From the NCBI RefSeq assembly GCF_009914755.1, contig NC_060925.1: a stretch of DNA of 64,000 nt. One strand, written 5' to 3'. Below, in pieces: positions 24,271 through 39,415 of the stretch. A program made the position numbers and the translations under genes. The notes under the pieces were generated by a model that saw only the letters and a list, made by a program, of their open reading frames with translations, ran no database searches and had not been told where the DNA came from. Numbering within the stretch: the stretch's first letter is position 1; each line of letters opens with the position of its first letter. The stretch is from the human T2T-CHM13v2.0 reference genome, Homo sapiens.

Positions 24271-27081
24271 TTTGTCTTTATGTTGAGAACAGTGGTGGGC
24301 AATTATAAGATTTTATTCAGGGGATTGACCTAACCAGATTTATACCTTTTGGACATTCATTTATAGTAACAGTATGGAAAATGAACAGAGGGTTGGCAGC
24401 ATTTGAGGCAGGGAAACAGGATGTCACTGTTGCAGCTTGGATGTATCTAAAGAAGTGGCTGTAGGAATGGAGACAACTATGTACACTTAAGATATAATTA
24501 GGAGATAGATTTAACAGGGTTTGGTGGCTAATTGGACATGAATGGTGGAGGAGAGAGAGGAATCAAGTCTGCCTCAAGGTTTCTGGCCTTGGTCCTGAAG
24601 AAGATAGTGGTGCTTTTCACTGATGAAGGGAGCACAAGAGGAGGGACATACTTACTTGGAAAGTCAGGAGAGGATTGCTGGTATTTTAGATATGTCGGAT
24701 TTGAGGTGCCTTGTGACAGCCAAGTGGAGATTTTCATCTGTAGGTAGAGTTCGGTTTCTGGAACTTAGGAGACAGAACTGAGCCAATCAGCAACTAGAGG
24801 GTAGTTGAAACTCTGGGCAAGGCTAATTAAGAAAGGCTCCACTGAATGGGAAGGCCTGGGGACTAAGAGCCGGTCCTGGGTGACACCAGGTAGATCATGG
24901 CAAGAGGTGGAGGGGCTGGTGAAGAGGAGATTTCAGAGGAGGAAATCTAGGATGTGGCAGTGTCAGACAAGTTCAGAAGAGTTAGCTCTGTGAAGAGAAG
25001 CAAAGTTTCCATCCATGGCTCAAATTCTTCCCTTTCCTTCAACAAATTCAAGTTTCATGTGGTTCTAGATGCTCATTAGGGTTCTTCTGAAACGATTGGA
25101 TCCTCCAAGACATAGAAGGTTATGACTGGTTATAAAAATTGCCACATTTACCTCTGGTATAACCCAAGTAGAAGCTCTGCATCATAAAATTTAGAGTTGA
25201 AGACAGATGCTGTAACTTAAAAGGATTGATGCTGGGCCAGACTGCTGAATTCTGTAGAGGCTTTATAATGGAGACACATCTTTCTAGGCAGATATCACTT
25301 GTCACTTCCATAAGGAAAATTCCCTGGAGTTGATGAGTAGTAGAGCTGTGCTTCTGCTTTATAAAATCCACTTTTGATGAAAAATTAACATTTTAATTCA
25401 GAGGTGTGTAGCTATCACCAAAGGGTTATGATGTCATGTAACTAAGTCTCAGATACCAACATTGTTCAATATTGTATAATTTTTTCCAGAGTGGTATGTG
25501 CTCCAGATAACTGACCTTTGAAGGTAGTAATGTATTATTTACATGAAACTAAAATCCAGTGCATTCTAAATGGCTGTGATTTATCATGACCATTTTGAAA
25601 TTGGGTCCTGTGGCCATATGCTAATTTGACTCAAAGGAAATTCTGTGCTGTGTGCTTGGATTTCATGCTTAAAAAATTCAGCAATAGTTTCAATGCTCTT
25701 TTAATTAAAATAAGATGCTTTATAACATTTCCCACATGATGTGGAATGTACTCTGTAGCTCATATATGAATTAAAACCCTTAGAAGATTTACATTTTCTG
25801 GTCTGGCAACCTTCATTTTTCTAATTTATGTGTCCTGTTTGTCCTGAAGGAGTTGGGAAGTTGAAATTTACAGCCATCCCAAATGAGAGAGTTGAGATTC
25901 TTGATTAAATGAGAGCTTGTTTGTGTATTCAAATGGAAAAATGTGGGTGGACAAAATTAAATTTGTAGTGGGTTATCTCCTGAACAGTTTTCTCTTTCCT
26001 GGTAATTTCACACTGCCCAACTATGCACATGGTAAGTATGGGAGAAAACTTTTTTGTATAATAAAACTTTTTAGCAGTAACTGACTGGACCATGGTTGGG
26101 CTTCTATTCCAAGTTATTCTGATCAGCACCTGCATCTGAGACTTTGTAATTGGCTCTATCATATTCCCAGTATGCCTTTTGTGTGTGGCCATTTTCTGCT
26201 ATGTAAATAGGAAAACTGAAAAATCAGGTCTGCAGAAATTGAAGAATGAATGGGGAGAAGCAAAGACAAGCAACAGAGAGAAAGAATTCCCAGTCATTCC
26301 TGGTGCGCTGCAGTCTCCAGTTTCTGTGAGTTTCCAAGACCCAGCTCATCCATGCCTTTGGGGTCTTTGAAAGATCCCTCTATCTTTCAGGGGTCTTTGA
26401 AAAACCCCTGTTTATTTCAACCAGCTCAGATGGTTGCCTGCATGTGGGAGCAATGAAATAACCTATATTGCTTAGATTTCTATTTTCTGATTAGATGGTG
26501 GCTACCATGCTATGTGTATATTCTTAAAACAAGCCCTTGTACATAAATTAGATAATATTGGATGGTTTTGGTTGAGCTGGTCTTTGGCTTAAATGTTATT
26601 GACATTTTTCTGAAAAAATATAATAAATATAGGACATGTATAATCTCACACAAGTTTGAAACTATTTAATAGACTCTTAAAACAAAGGAAGGGTGTCTAT
26701 GTAGATGTGCTGATTGGTTCCAGGTCTAGGAATCCAGGCCATTTGCAGTTTGATTTGTGGAGAAGGAAAAGAGACTACAATCTCTCAGTGGTGGTAAGGA
26801 GGCAGGATGGAGTGGGGACCAGAAACGCCTCTGAGATACAATGTCCCAAGGTCCAGTGTTTTTATGATTGGGAGGAAGACTGCTCTAAAATCTTTGACAT
26901 TTGAAGATTATTAATAATAAATGTCCTCACTAAGTTCCTCTGTTCATAGGATAGTAATACAAAACAAATTGTACCCCAATGCAGCAGTGTGAAAAAAAAA
27001 GAAGGAAAAAAGGCCAAGATTATTAAATTCTTATGTTCAGACTGAGAACCAGAAAGCAAAAGAGAGTTAATCATTGAGTTG

Positions 27082-27448
27082 TGTATTAGTCTGTTCTCTC
27101 ACTGCTGATAAAGACATTCCTGAGACTGGGTAATTTATAAAGGAAAGAGGTTTCATTGACTCACAGTTCGACATGGCCAGCGAGGTCTCAATCATGGTGA
27201 AAGGCAAAGGAGGAGCAAAGTCATGTCTTACATGGTGGCAGGCAAGAGAGAGGGCATGTGCTGGGGAACTCCCCTTTATCAAACAATCACATTGTGTGAG
27301 ACTTACTCACTATCAATGAGAACAGCATGGGAAAAATCCACCCCCATGATTCAATTACCTTCCACCGGGTTCCTCCCACAACACATGGGAATTATGGGAG
27401 CTACAATTCAAGATGAGATTTGGGTGGGAACACAGCCAAACCATATCA
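27082..27448 (-). mobile_element. THE1 (THE1C-like) solo LTR
   Basis: tgtattagtctgttctc...cagccaaaccatatca; 5-bp TSD agttg/cgttg. Confidence 0.9.
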
Positions 27449-28188
27449 CGTTGGAAACTGAATGTATAGGTGGTCCTATGGCTAGATGTCACTGATGACA
27501 ACTGTTTGCAGTCTTCTGTGTCTGGAAAAAAAATAATAGCTTCCCTGCTTAGGAAGTCAGAATATAGGCGGTAGGGAGAAAAAACTGTTAAAAAAAACTT
27601 CAAAGACTGGAATAAACTACATTTTTGTAGAGCTACTATATTAAAATATAAGAGGAAAAAGAAGTGGAAAAGCCGGGGAGTGGAAATCGCAGGCCTCTGC
27701 AGAAAGGAGATAAACAAGTGCCTTTGGGTGGGATCATTTGTGATTGTAACAGAAAGACATACAAAAAGACAAGACTATGTCCTTAGAAGCAGAGTGGCAA
27801 CTTCAAGTTTATAATTACTAAGAACCCCTATGTACACAGCATTTGGCATATGCAAAATATATTGGCAGATGCATTAGTAAAATTTAACTATCGTAAAGCC
27901 TCTGGGAGCATTGACTTGGTAAAGTAACAGAATCTCCATTAAAGCAAAAGTAATGAACTGACTCAGCACTCCTGAGTAAAGTGACCAGATGTCAGAGGTA
28001 CCCTGAAGGACACAGAGGGCAAATCAGGTGTATTTTCTGGCTACAATCGGAAGGGTGGCACAGAGAGAAACAAAACCATGAATACATCTTTGATTTCAGG
28101 TTTAACTCAAAGGCAGTGATATTTACCTGGAGAGCAGAGGAAAGCATTGATGCTTCCAAGCCAATTCTTTAAAGAGGTGTGGGTGGAG

Positions 28189-28202
28189 AGTGTGTGTGCA
28201 TG

Positions 28203-28239
<37 letters not shown>
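28189..28239. repeat. (TG)n microsatellite
   Basis: Direct reading. Confidence 0.95.
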
Positions 28240-28242
<3 letters not shown>

Positions 28243-29689
28243 TACATACACACATATACAATTAGCTCCAAGGCTTTAAATAAATTCAACACAAGTATTT
28301 ATTCAGACCTTTGTTGTGTAAGGCCTCCACCAGGTCCTGGGAGGGAATACATATGTGTGTGAAGCCCTAAGCTTTGTTTAAATAAAGCTAAGGGTCAAAG
28401 AAGAGTGAAGAGCACCCCACCTCCACCCCAAGTTCTCTCCCCCAGCCTCTTCCAGTCATGGCTCTTGGGAAACCCTGCAGTAGGAACAGATGAATGTGTG
28501 TATAAGTAGTTGGAAAGGGAAGTAGAGATGATACTTAGACAACATAAATGAGAGAAGTGTGAAGTGTTTGCAGTCAGAGTACCTATTCCCAATAGCCTGC
28601 TTTTCATGCTGATAAAACCATTCAATCTTGGATGTTGAGTTCAATTTTTTGTCAGTGAAAAATCTGCCCAGAGTCTTAAAAAATGCAAGCAAGTCATCTG
28701 TATATAGCCTCAGAGCATTGTATTTTCAATGTACTGATTTGCTAGGTATATATTGAAGTGGCCTTTGGACCCTGAGTGTTAAATATGGAGATCTGAATGT
28801 TCTTCAGTTCATTTTAATTGTGACGAAATCAACTATTGAGGAAGAACACACTTCCTGATATAGTCTGCAGCCTTATAGAGAGCCAAGTATGTCACCTTTA
28901 ACATATAATTCAAGTTCATTTGTTCTGATTAATTTGTGGGGAGTTGCAGGATTGGAATTTAGAATATTTTAAGTGAAATTGTTGGATTACGGATTAAAAA
29001 AATTACAAAAGTCAATTATGTACAAGTTCTGGGCTAGGTCCTAGGGTACATGCCAAAGGAATGTGAGGATATTCCCAGTCTTCATTTCAGAGCAGAGTCA
29101 CCTGGAGCATTTTAGAAAACTCTTGAGACTCAGGCAGCACTCAGATCACTGGAGGGGGCACTTAGCTCAAATAAATCAGAATCTGCGCAGGGGGTGCCCA
29201 TGCATTACTCAGTTGTAGAGCTCCCTCCTCACCGGGTGATTCCAAGTGCAGCCATGTGTGAGAACTAGATCAACAGTCTGGAAAGCTTATAAAACTACTT
29301 AACATCAATTTAAATATAAATCTCTGGGCATTAGTCTGCGGTTGGTAAGTTTTACAGGCTCTCCAGATGATTCTGTTGCATGTGGAAGATTTAGAATCAG
29401 TGGTATAGACCCTGCTCTACAGATGATTATGGTCAAATGAGGGAAAAGGTGACTTGTGTATTAATTTTTTTTGGAAAATTACAAGAAAGTTTATGTTTAA
29501 ATGCCAAAAGAATAAAAGACAATAAGGAGTGATAAGAAAATGCAAGAGGTAAATATTTAGTGAATAAATTAAAAATGATTTGTATTTAGCATGTTTATTC
29601 AGATGGAAATAGTATTTTTAAAGTGTATAAATTTTTAGAAATACATTTTTATTATATATTTTCACTATGTATTCTACTATATAGATATA

Positions 29690-30295
29690 AAATTACCTAA
29701 TAGGTATACATATTTTCAGGGTACCTGTGATAATTTAATACACACATATAATTTGTAAAGATCAAATCAGTGTAATTGGGGTATCCATCACCTTAAATAT
29801 ATGTCTTTTCTTCATGCTAGAAACATTCAATTTATTATCTTCTAGCTATTTTGAAATATATCATAGATTATTGTAAACTGTTGTCACCCTACTGATCTAT
29901 CAAACACTAGCTTTTATTTTTTCTATCAAACAGGGTGTTTAATCAACTTTTATCAACCCTTTAATCAACCTTTGTTTATCCCCTTACCCCCACTACTCTT
30001 CGTGGCCTCTGCTAACCACCAATCTGCTCTCTATCTTCATGAGATCCACTTTTTTTTTAATTCCCCACAGATTAGTGAGAACATGCAATTGTTGTCTTTC
30101 TGTGCTTGGCTTATTTTACCTAACATAATGACCTCCACTTCCATCAATGTGGCTGCAAATGCCTGAGTTATGGCTGAATAATATTCCATTGTATATATAT
30201 ACCACACTTTCTTTACCCATTTATCCATTGATGGGCACTTAGGTTGATTCCATATTTTGGCTATTATAAATATTGTTGCCATAAATATGGGGGTA
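29690..30295 (-). mobile_element. L1MA-type 3' end
   Basis: Antisense L1; ORF 30037-30282 translates as L1 ORF2 C-terminus (IAKIWNQPKCPS...WYIYTMEYY). Confidence 0.88.
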
Positions 30296-32442
30296 GAGAT
30301 AGTAGATGAAAACTTAATCTTCTTATCTGAAGAATTACTTAAAATTCTAAAGTAGAAGAGTTGGAATTGAGAACTAGATAGATCATTTAGTCTCTGATGA
30401 TCTGTCTGTTTGCAGAGGGGAGTTGGGTGGAACTGGGTGCTCTGGGAGTACTCTGATGGTAGAAAGAGTCCTTTTTATTCCACTGTGGAGGTGGGGGTAT
30501 GTCCTTGGGTGTGGTTTTGAGCCTGGATATCCAGAAGCAGTGTTTCTCAAATGGCACTATTCTGTATATTCCTATTGCACGACGTGTATCTTCTTGCTAA
30601 AATCAGGCAGTATCACTATTTTTCTATGGGATGTGGGGAATATTTGATAGAAATATTGGTAGAACTTTCTTATTTTAAGTTTTATTTCCATAATCTTCTC
30701 TTAGCCCTTTGGTAACTATTACTGGTAGTCTCAAGAAAATCGAGTGAGAGATAATATGGGAGATTTCTTTAGATTTTCATAGCACTTCATCTGAGTACCA
30801 ATAGCCTTGGATTCTTATATTAATAACAGTACCCTAACTCTTAGGGTTCTTTCGCAGACTTAGATGAATTGATATATGCAAATGTGCTTAGGAAAATGCC
30901 ATGCACATAGTGAGCCCTCAGTAAATGTCAGCAATTCTATAACTTCCCTTCCACTGCTGTTATTCCCAACGTCATTTGCTTCCTGAACTGTGGGACCCTT
31001 GAGGTCAGGCCAGATCTTTTATCTTTATATTCCCTGTCTCCTAGCACAAGGTTTGGTGCAGTATCAACACCCTTCAACATGTGCTGAATGAAGGATTGGC
31101 CAGCTTAGATCTGATTTAACCCTAAAGAACTTATGCAGTTATTTTAAGAGTATTGTATCAGTGTTTCAGTGATTTTCTCCCTGAGTGAAATGCTTCCAAA
31201 TGCCCTGCTATGTTAACAGTGCAGAGAATGGCTGCTTTAGAAGAAAGAGCCCCTTGTACACTCAATAGTCCACAGCCTCCCCCTTTACCTTCCTGATGGT
31301 GGGCAGGTCACTACATCTCCCCATCTACCTCCCTGCTTGCTTAGGGTTCCCCGACACACAGGTCAGCCCTGATTCATCATTCCCTACAGAAGACTGACCT
31401 TGGGGCCAAAAGGCTGGTGGATATGATAGAGGGGATGAGGAGAGGAAATGGATCAGTGACATTCCAGCTGGACACCTGAATCCCTTTTCAAAAGAGCATC
31501 TTGTTTTGTCCCCTTAGGCATCCCCTAAGGGAAAGTTAGCATGCAGTTATGAATGAGACCCTCGCTGCTGTTTTGATGTTGTAAAGGAGGAGGGAAATCT
31601 ACAATGGCATTGAGGAATAATGCAAGTGCATATATTTTTCCTCCCAAAGAACCCAAAAGCATTTCCACCTCTATGTTATCTGATGCTGCTGATTTTATGC
31701 TTCAAAGAATTGAGAATGAATACCTGGCAGTAAGTACTAAATCTATGTGTGGTGACTGACAGATTAAGCACTAGGGATGTTAAAGGAGATTAGACCACGG
31801 ATCCCCAAACAGTGAATGTCAGTGTTATTTTCCATCTTGAAATGGAATGAAGTTGCCCTCATGATTCTTACCACAGCCAGCACTGTTATATCCTCCCAAT
31901 TTGGTTCTTACATTACTTCACTCTTCAGAACATCATTCATTTATTTAAATGGTATTTCTTGAGCTCTTTTCATGTTATGGCTTGGTTCTAGCTACAGAGA
32001 AGGATATAACAAAATGTGAGACATGGTCTTTGGACCCAAGAAGCTTCTATTTCAAGAAATGGAAAAATAAGGCCGTAAAAGTCATGATTACGTGCTTAAG
32101 TTCTATGATTCCATGGTGAAAGGATATTTTGAAGTACAGGGAACAGCACAGAAAATAATGCTACCTTTCAGGATAAGTCTAATTATACCTCTTTTGTTGT
32201 CAGCCTGTGAGAGCTGAGGGTTTGTGGCTTTTAATTCTCCTTTAGGCTGTGGAAGGCAGTGGGGGTGCGGAAAGAGTGTGACCATTAGAGTTAGTTCTGG
32301 ATTCAAATCCCAACTCTGCTGCTTTCCACTTGTACAGATTAGGCAGTTGACAATATTTCCTAGCAGAACTAAATACATCCACATCTTTCAGAGATGTGAG
32401 GAATTGCACTAATGATCACAGCTGGAAAAATGCTGTTGGAGT

Positions 32443-32680
<238 letters not shown>

Positions 32681-33353
32681 AAAAATGCTGTCGTTAGAAA
32701 GGCCTTCAATAGATGGTGATTGTTATAAACAATGATCACTAACAGTAAAGATACTGCTTTTATGAAGCTCATGCTTAAATGATAACTTCCAGCAAAACAA
32801 CTCCATTTAAGCTGTTTTCTTTGTACTACAGAATTAGCACTTTTCGTCCCTCTAAATAGACAGACAATATATCATGGAGAGGTGTTTCCTTCCCTTGAGG
32901 ACGCAATATGCTATTTTATTTTTCATTCCATTGACATTTCTTAAGAATTCCCAAAGAAGGAAGTCTCAGCTGGCCTCCTTCCACATATTAAGAGAGAAAT
33001 GTTACTCCATTATGTTGGACTTCTGATTCCTCTTTCTATAATTTTAATAGTCACTGTGTTGAGTAGTTTGCACTATTTTTCTCATTTAACTATCCTCAGA
33101 GTTCCACAAAGTAGGTGTTAACCCCATTTTACAAATTGGAGCCCAAATTGCCCAGCCAGCTAGCAAGTCATTAAGTGGGATTTGAGCTCTGGCAGTCTGG
33201 CTGCAGAGCCTGTGTTTCTCACTGTGATGCTAGGCTCGCCTGCCTGTGTGCCTGTCCCACCAAGCTCAGGGCTGCACTGCCTCCACAACTGCTCCTTCTG
33301 CTCCTGCCTATATAGGCTTTAGTGCCATTTGTGAGAATACACAGTAAAGGTAG

Positions 33354-33705
33354 TGTCTTCGTTAGCTTTCTGTGGCTATAACAACACAGATTGGGTAGTT
33401 TATCAAGACAAGAAGTTTACTTAGCTCACAATTCTGGAGACTTGGAGGTCTAAAAGCATGGCACTGGCATCTGGTGAGGTTCATCCCAAGACAGAAGGCA
33501 TCACGTGGCAAACATGTGAGATAGAAATGGGACTGACCCCACTTTGTCGACAACTAGCCCACACCGGTGATCATGGCATTAACTCATTTATGAGGTCTCT
33601 GGTCTCATGAGTTAATCACCTCTTAAAGGCCCCGTTACTTAATAGCATTACTAAGGCAATTCAATTTTAACATGAGTTTTGGAGGGGGACATTCAAACCA
33701 TACCA
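33354..33705 (-). mobile_element. MST (MSTC/D-like) solo LTR
   Basis: 'ttaatcacctcttaaaggcccc...gacattcaaaccatacca'; TSD ggtag/ggtgg. Confidence 0.8.
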
Positions 33706-35993
33706 GGTGGTTACCCACAACCCCCATTCAAATTGATGGTAAATAATGAATGTTAAATTTATCTTCTCTTCAGTATTGATTCCCATAGTCCATATTCTTT
33801 ACTGGCTGTTAGATTTTCACCTTACATGCTCCAATGTGCCTAACATAAAATGATCTTAGAACCTACTTTGTGAAGATGCTGCACCATCCTGAGATGGCAC
33901 AAGAGGAACCAGGCCCTGAGTTCTGCTGCTGTGCTTCAGGGGGGGCCTGCATTAGCCATCTCTGGCTGTTCCCACTCAAGAGTGCCCCCCCCCCACCCAA
34001 AAAATAGTTCACCCAGAACCCATGCTAGTCCTTTCATGCCTCAGGGACTCAGGATCCTGTAACCCACTTAAACATCACTTACCTCATCTCAGGGCCTACC
34101 AAGACCTATGGCCTGGGCCTGCCCTCCTGAGGTCTGCCTGGCACCACCAGTGGGAGCACCCCTAGACCCCAGGGATATACAGTAACTATTGGGATGATGC
34201 TATAACTTGCAGGCTGTCCTGATGATCATTAAAACAGTGATTCAGTATGAAAGTGCTTTGCAAATGATGAGATGTCACACAAATTTAGCCACTGTTTGGT
34301 CATTTTCACTTTATCTTTGAAAGCTTGTGTTTATAGCTAAACATTTGGTTAGAAGATTAAAGTCTATGAAAAGATTTGGATCCAGTAGGTCACAGCTTAC
34401 TAGAAACAGAACAGAGACTTAAACCATGTGCCTCTGTCTTCTGGAGTTGGACTTTTACCATGAGGTTGCTTATCTGGATGAAATCTGAGGGCTTTACAGT
34501 CTAACTTTCTGAGGGAGTCATTCAGGGAACGTTTTAGTGTCAAGCCATTAAATCACACCTCAAAAGGTTGGAAGTGGCCCACATATGAGTCCATATAGGT
34601 GGGTCTGGAAAGGTGGGGCGAGCAGGAATCTCTTTCCATTATGATGATGGGGTTTCTAAAGTAATTATTGCTTTAAAAAAAATCTGCCTCTGCCATTTTC
34701 CAGTCACACTGTTCTTGGAGCGAGATGCATCATCAATACTTTTCATACTAAACGTTCTCTCCTATTGGATTTACCTGGATTCTAGGGGTATTTTTTTCAC
34801 ATTTCTCTGGAGACAAGTAGTGCTGATAAAGATTTTATAAGGTCTCTCTTGCTCTCAAGCTCGTTTTCCTTAACTTTTCTTGTCCCAGTTACCAGTTTAT
34901 TTGGTCCCCAGAAACCTTCTAATCTTCATCTTTAATGATAAATTTATCTTTTGTAGTTCTCCTGTCAAAGCTTTTGTGTCTAGTGGCTCATTTTGCTTAA
35001 TTGCTGGAGTTTTCTCTGGCCTTTTGTTATTTGGTCCTGCGTATTTTCAAAGATTCTGTAGAATTTTCAGACTGTTACTCTGATGTTTACTTGGTAGATT
35101 GATTGCTAAGTTGCATTGTCTTCAGAGGAGGTTTTTGAGGTTGTGTCTATTATAATGTCTGCTTCTACCCGGAGTCCATTGCACTTGGAGTGCTTCTTGA
35201 AGCCCCTGAGCTTATGCTGTGATAAAAGCGTGAATGTTTTACTGTGTCAAAGCACTGTGGCTCATAAGGCTTCATAAGCTCTGGCTTTTATATCAGAGCA
35301 TCTCATATGGTTGTGCAGATTGCATCCTGGTCAAGCATGCCAGGATGAGGGGCCAAGGGTGTACTGAATGCCAGCCTGTGCTTCATTTGCCAAGCCTTGC
35401 ATCTGATGTAGGACTGTATCCTCACAGGGGACACCTTTTCCTAATACACACAAAGGTATCATGTGGGCTAGCAGCTGTTCTGCTATAACTTAGCTAGGTG
35501 TCTTTACAGGAGAAGGTAGTGGAAGAGGTGGTGGTATTTCTCCTCGGGAACTGAGATTAGCTTACTCGACGGGAATCTTGAAGTGTCCCAAGATGAAGCC
35601 ATTGGTGCCCCACTCCCCCAACAGTTGTTTAAAAGTTATTAAAGAACCAATTGACATTTGCTAGCATTTTAAATGCTCAGGATGACTTATGAGGCTATGT
35701 CAGTTATTCTTTACTCAGTAGGGGACTTGGAGCTACAGGTCTGATTTCAGCCTCTGTGCAGCCCCCGGGCCACCCTTCCTGCTGAATCTAAGCCCCACTC
35801 TCTCTAGAGGATTATCTTGGGGTTTATTTTGGCTCCTGGCTTTGAATCTGAATTGCTGCCCCTCAAGTTATATTCAAACAACTCTATTAAGATAACGTTG
35901 TCTCCAGGGGCTCCAACCAGCCAGTTTCATTTTCCAACTAGTTTGGTTGGTCAGTGCCCATAACAGGTCCACTTGAAATTAGAGCTGCGTTTT

Positions 35994-36159
35994 TTTTTTC
36001 TTTTCTTTTTTTCTTTTTATTATTTTACTTTAAGTTCCAGAATACACATGCAGGACATGCAGGTTTGCTACATAGGTATATGTGTGCCATTATGATTTGC
36101 TGCACCTATCAACCCATCACCTAGGTTTTAAGCCCCACATGCATTAGCTAATTGTCCTG
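35994..36159 (-). mobile_element. Short L1PA (L1PA8-like) 3' end
   Basis: Poly-T then 'tactttaagttcc...gtttgctacataggtata'; TSD attagagctgc(g/a)tttt. Confidence 0.88.
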
Positions 36160-36598
36160 ATTAGAGCTGCATTTTCTAGAAGTCAACAACATAGTGTCTT
36201 GAAAGCCTTCTTTGTCATATTGCAGTTGTGTCTGAGACCTTTATGTACCTTAGTTTTTTTGGGTTTTCCTTCCCCATGTGAACCACAGTTACCCTTTCTC
36301 TGACTAGTATGCTGAAGTTATAGTACATTTCTATTTAGCAGGTGTTTCCTGTGGTTGCCTTTTGTTCTAAATCTATGATTGAACCTTATCTATATTGAAC
36401 CAAATCTAATATCTATTTGCCTGGACACCTGTACTAACATAATATGATTCTTTTTGTATCCACCCTTATATTAATCTGGTAGGATTTCCATAACAAAATA
36501 CTGCAGGCTGGGTGGCATAAACAACAGAAATATATTTCTTACAGTTCTGGAAGCTGGAAATCTCCAATCAAGGTGTTCGCATGTTTGCTTTCTCCTGA

Positions 36599-36968
<370 letters not shown>

Positions 36969-37066
36969 TCTCTTCCTCTTCTTATGGGGACACTGGTCCA
37001 TTGGATTAGGGCCCCATGCTTATGACCTCACTTACTCTTAATTACTTCTTTAAAGTCCCTATCTCC

Positions 37067-37903
37067 GAAGGATATGAACAGACACTTCTCAAAAGAAGAC
37101 ATTTATGCAGCCAAAAGACACATGAAAAAATGCTCATCATCACTGGCCATCAGAGAAATGCAAATTGAAACCACAATGAGATACCATCTCACACCAGTTA
37201 GAATGGCAATCATTAAAAAGTCAGGAAACAACAGGTGCTGGAGAGGATGTGGAGAAATAGGAATACTTTTACACTGTTGGTGGGACTGTAAACTAGTTCA
37301 ACCATTGTGGAAGTCAGTGTGGCGATTCCTCAGGGATCTAGAACTAGAAACACCATTTGACCCAGCCATCCCATTACTGGGTATATACCCAAAGGATTAT
37401 AAAACATGCTTCTATAAAGACACGTGCACATGTATGTTTATTGCGGCACTATTCACAATAGCAAAGACTTGGACCCAAGTCAAATGTCCAACAATGATAG
37501 ACTGGATTAAGAAACTGTGGCACATATACACCATGGAATACTATGCAGCCATAAAAATGATGAGTTCATGTCCTTTGTAGGGACATGGATGAAGCTGGAA
37601 ACCATCATCCTCAGCAAACTATCACAAGGACAAAATACCAAACACCGCATGTTCTCGCTCATAGGTGGGAATTGAACAATGAGAACACATGGACACAGGA
37701 AGGGGAACATCACACACCGGGGCCTGTTGTGGGGTGGGGGGAGCGGGGAGGGATAGCATTAGGAGATATACCTAATGTTAAATGATGAGTTAATGGGTGC
37801 AGCACACCAACATGGCACATGTATACATATGTAACAAACCTGCACATTGTGCACATGTACCCTAAAACTTAAAGTATAATAAAGAATAAAAATAAAATAA
37901 AAT
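37067..37903 (+). mobile_element. 5'-truncated L1PA4-like element (ORF2 cysteine-rich C-terminus + 3'UTR)
   Basis: ORF 37074-37580 is L1 ORF2p ([11 protein letters not shown]...CWRGCGE...HCWWDC); G-rich 3'UTR; poly-A; TSD aaagtccc(t/c)atctcc. Confidence 0.95.
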
Positions 37904-39019
37904 AAAGTCCCCATCTCCAACATAGTCATACTGGGAATTAATGCTGCAACATACGAATTTTGGGGGGCATAATTCAGTTCATAACAATTTTCACTTGCCA
38001 GACTTTCTTATTTAAGCATATCCAGTAGATATTAGAACAAAAACAACGTTTAATTTATACCTTTTCTGTCCATTTGGGCTCATGGAGCTATGTTAAAGAC
38101 TTCATTTCCATCCTCAGAAAAACATTCCATTTAGCAATAATTATACTTTGGATCTTGCCCCTTAGACAGCTTCCTAATTGTTATTTCCAAAAATCTAAGC
38201 CTCATTTTTGGAAACTGCTCCCCTATGTTAAGTATAGTGAAACGCTTCCAGACAATCTCATTTTGTTAAAATTAAATTGGTGTTTTCTGGACCATGTTTG
38301 TCCCATAAGCAGCATTCTCAAAGGGCTCGGCAGGCTGGGGCCCCCAGCCTGTGCTTGTAGACATCATGTTGATTTTTAATCAAAAGCCTTATTTTGGCAG
38401 CTTCTGTTTTTTTGATTGTTTGAAAAATACTTCCTGATGGCTTGGAGTTTAGATTCTCAGTTGTTGGATCCTGAAGAGGAGTTTGAAGCCTTAGTTTTTC
38501 AGGAAAAAGCACCTGACCTGTGTATCTTAAGCTGCTAAATATTTAGGAAGCATCAGGGCTTATTTCCACTTCTACCACACAATATTGAAGCAATTCAACA
38601 ATTGAATTTTTTTTTCCCCGCTAGAAAAGAGGGTTTTTCAGGCCACTTTGAAATTCAGGTGGTTGATTTAAAAATGCAAATTCTTTGGGAATTAATCATG
38701 AAATGTTTCAGGATTTTTATAAGGAAGCTCATCCGCTCAGTGAAATAAGGGATGCTTTCTTGGTCATGAATTTTCTTTTTGTACTATTTTGTTAGTTACT
38801 TGGTGGGCTAGACAGTATTTTTGGGTGCCACTGGCAAGTCTAAAACACAGGAAGGGAGAAAGAAAACAGCTGACACTTACAAAGTCTGACCCGTTCTGTG
38901 CTGGAAACATTTGGTAAATGGTTAAATTTACTGCATATGCTTGAAACGAATAGCTGAATTAATAAATGAATGACTTTATTAATTCAAGCTGTTCTATTTT
39001 TCAAATAATCCGAATTAGG

Positions 39020-39415
39020 GATAGTGGCAGAGACCATGTATGCTATGTGATCATTTTCCTCCTGGGCACATAATGGGAACTGTGCAACTCACTCTCAAGT
39101 GTTGTTGGGTAGGGCCATGGGGTTGGATTCTGGCCAATGGGATCTGTTAGGAATGACATGTGGTACTTCAAAACCTAAAAATCCTCCTGCATGATCCTCT
39201 GCATTTTCTGACTTCCTTTATCTACTGACTGGAGGGTGCTAGGAGATGGTGGAGGCATAAGACAGAAGTATGCTGTGTCCTCGAAACACAACATGGAGCA
39301 GAGCCCCTATCAATGCACATGAAGCCACAATGTGATTGAGCAAGAAATAAACCTTTATTGTTTTAAGTCAAGGAAATTTGATTGTGGGTTGTTTGTTACA
39401 GTAGCTTGTGTTAAT
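39020..39415 (+). mobile_element. Old MLT1 (J/K-like) LTR
   Basis: 'ttctggccaatggga...aagaaataaacctttattgttttaag...ttgtttgttacagtagc'. Confidence 0.65.

Larger units (their letters stand above)
23215..24960 (-). mobile_element. L2 remnant interrupted by MER20 and AluJ
   Basis: Antisense L2 motifs 'cattcacttaacaaata', 'ggaatcaagtctgcctcaaggtttctggc', 'gatttgaggtgcct'. Confidence 0.6.

Noticed and set aside
37074-37580. 168-aa ORF as a gene
   Set aside because: It is the L1 ORF2p C-terminus of a 5'-truncated copy with no promoter, frameshifted at the end
37728-37753. G-quadruplex-like tract
   Set aside because: Normal part of the L1PA 3'UTR
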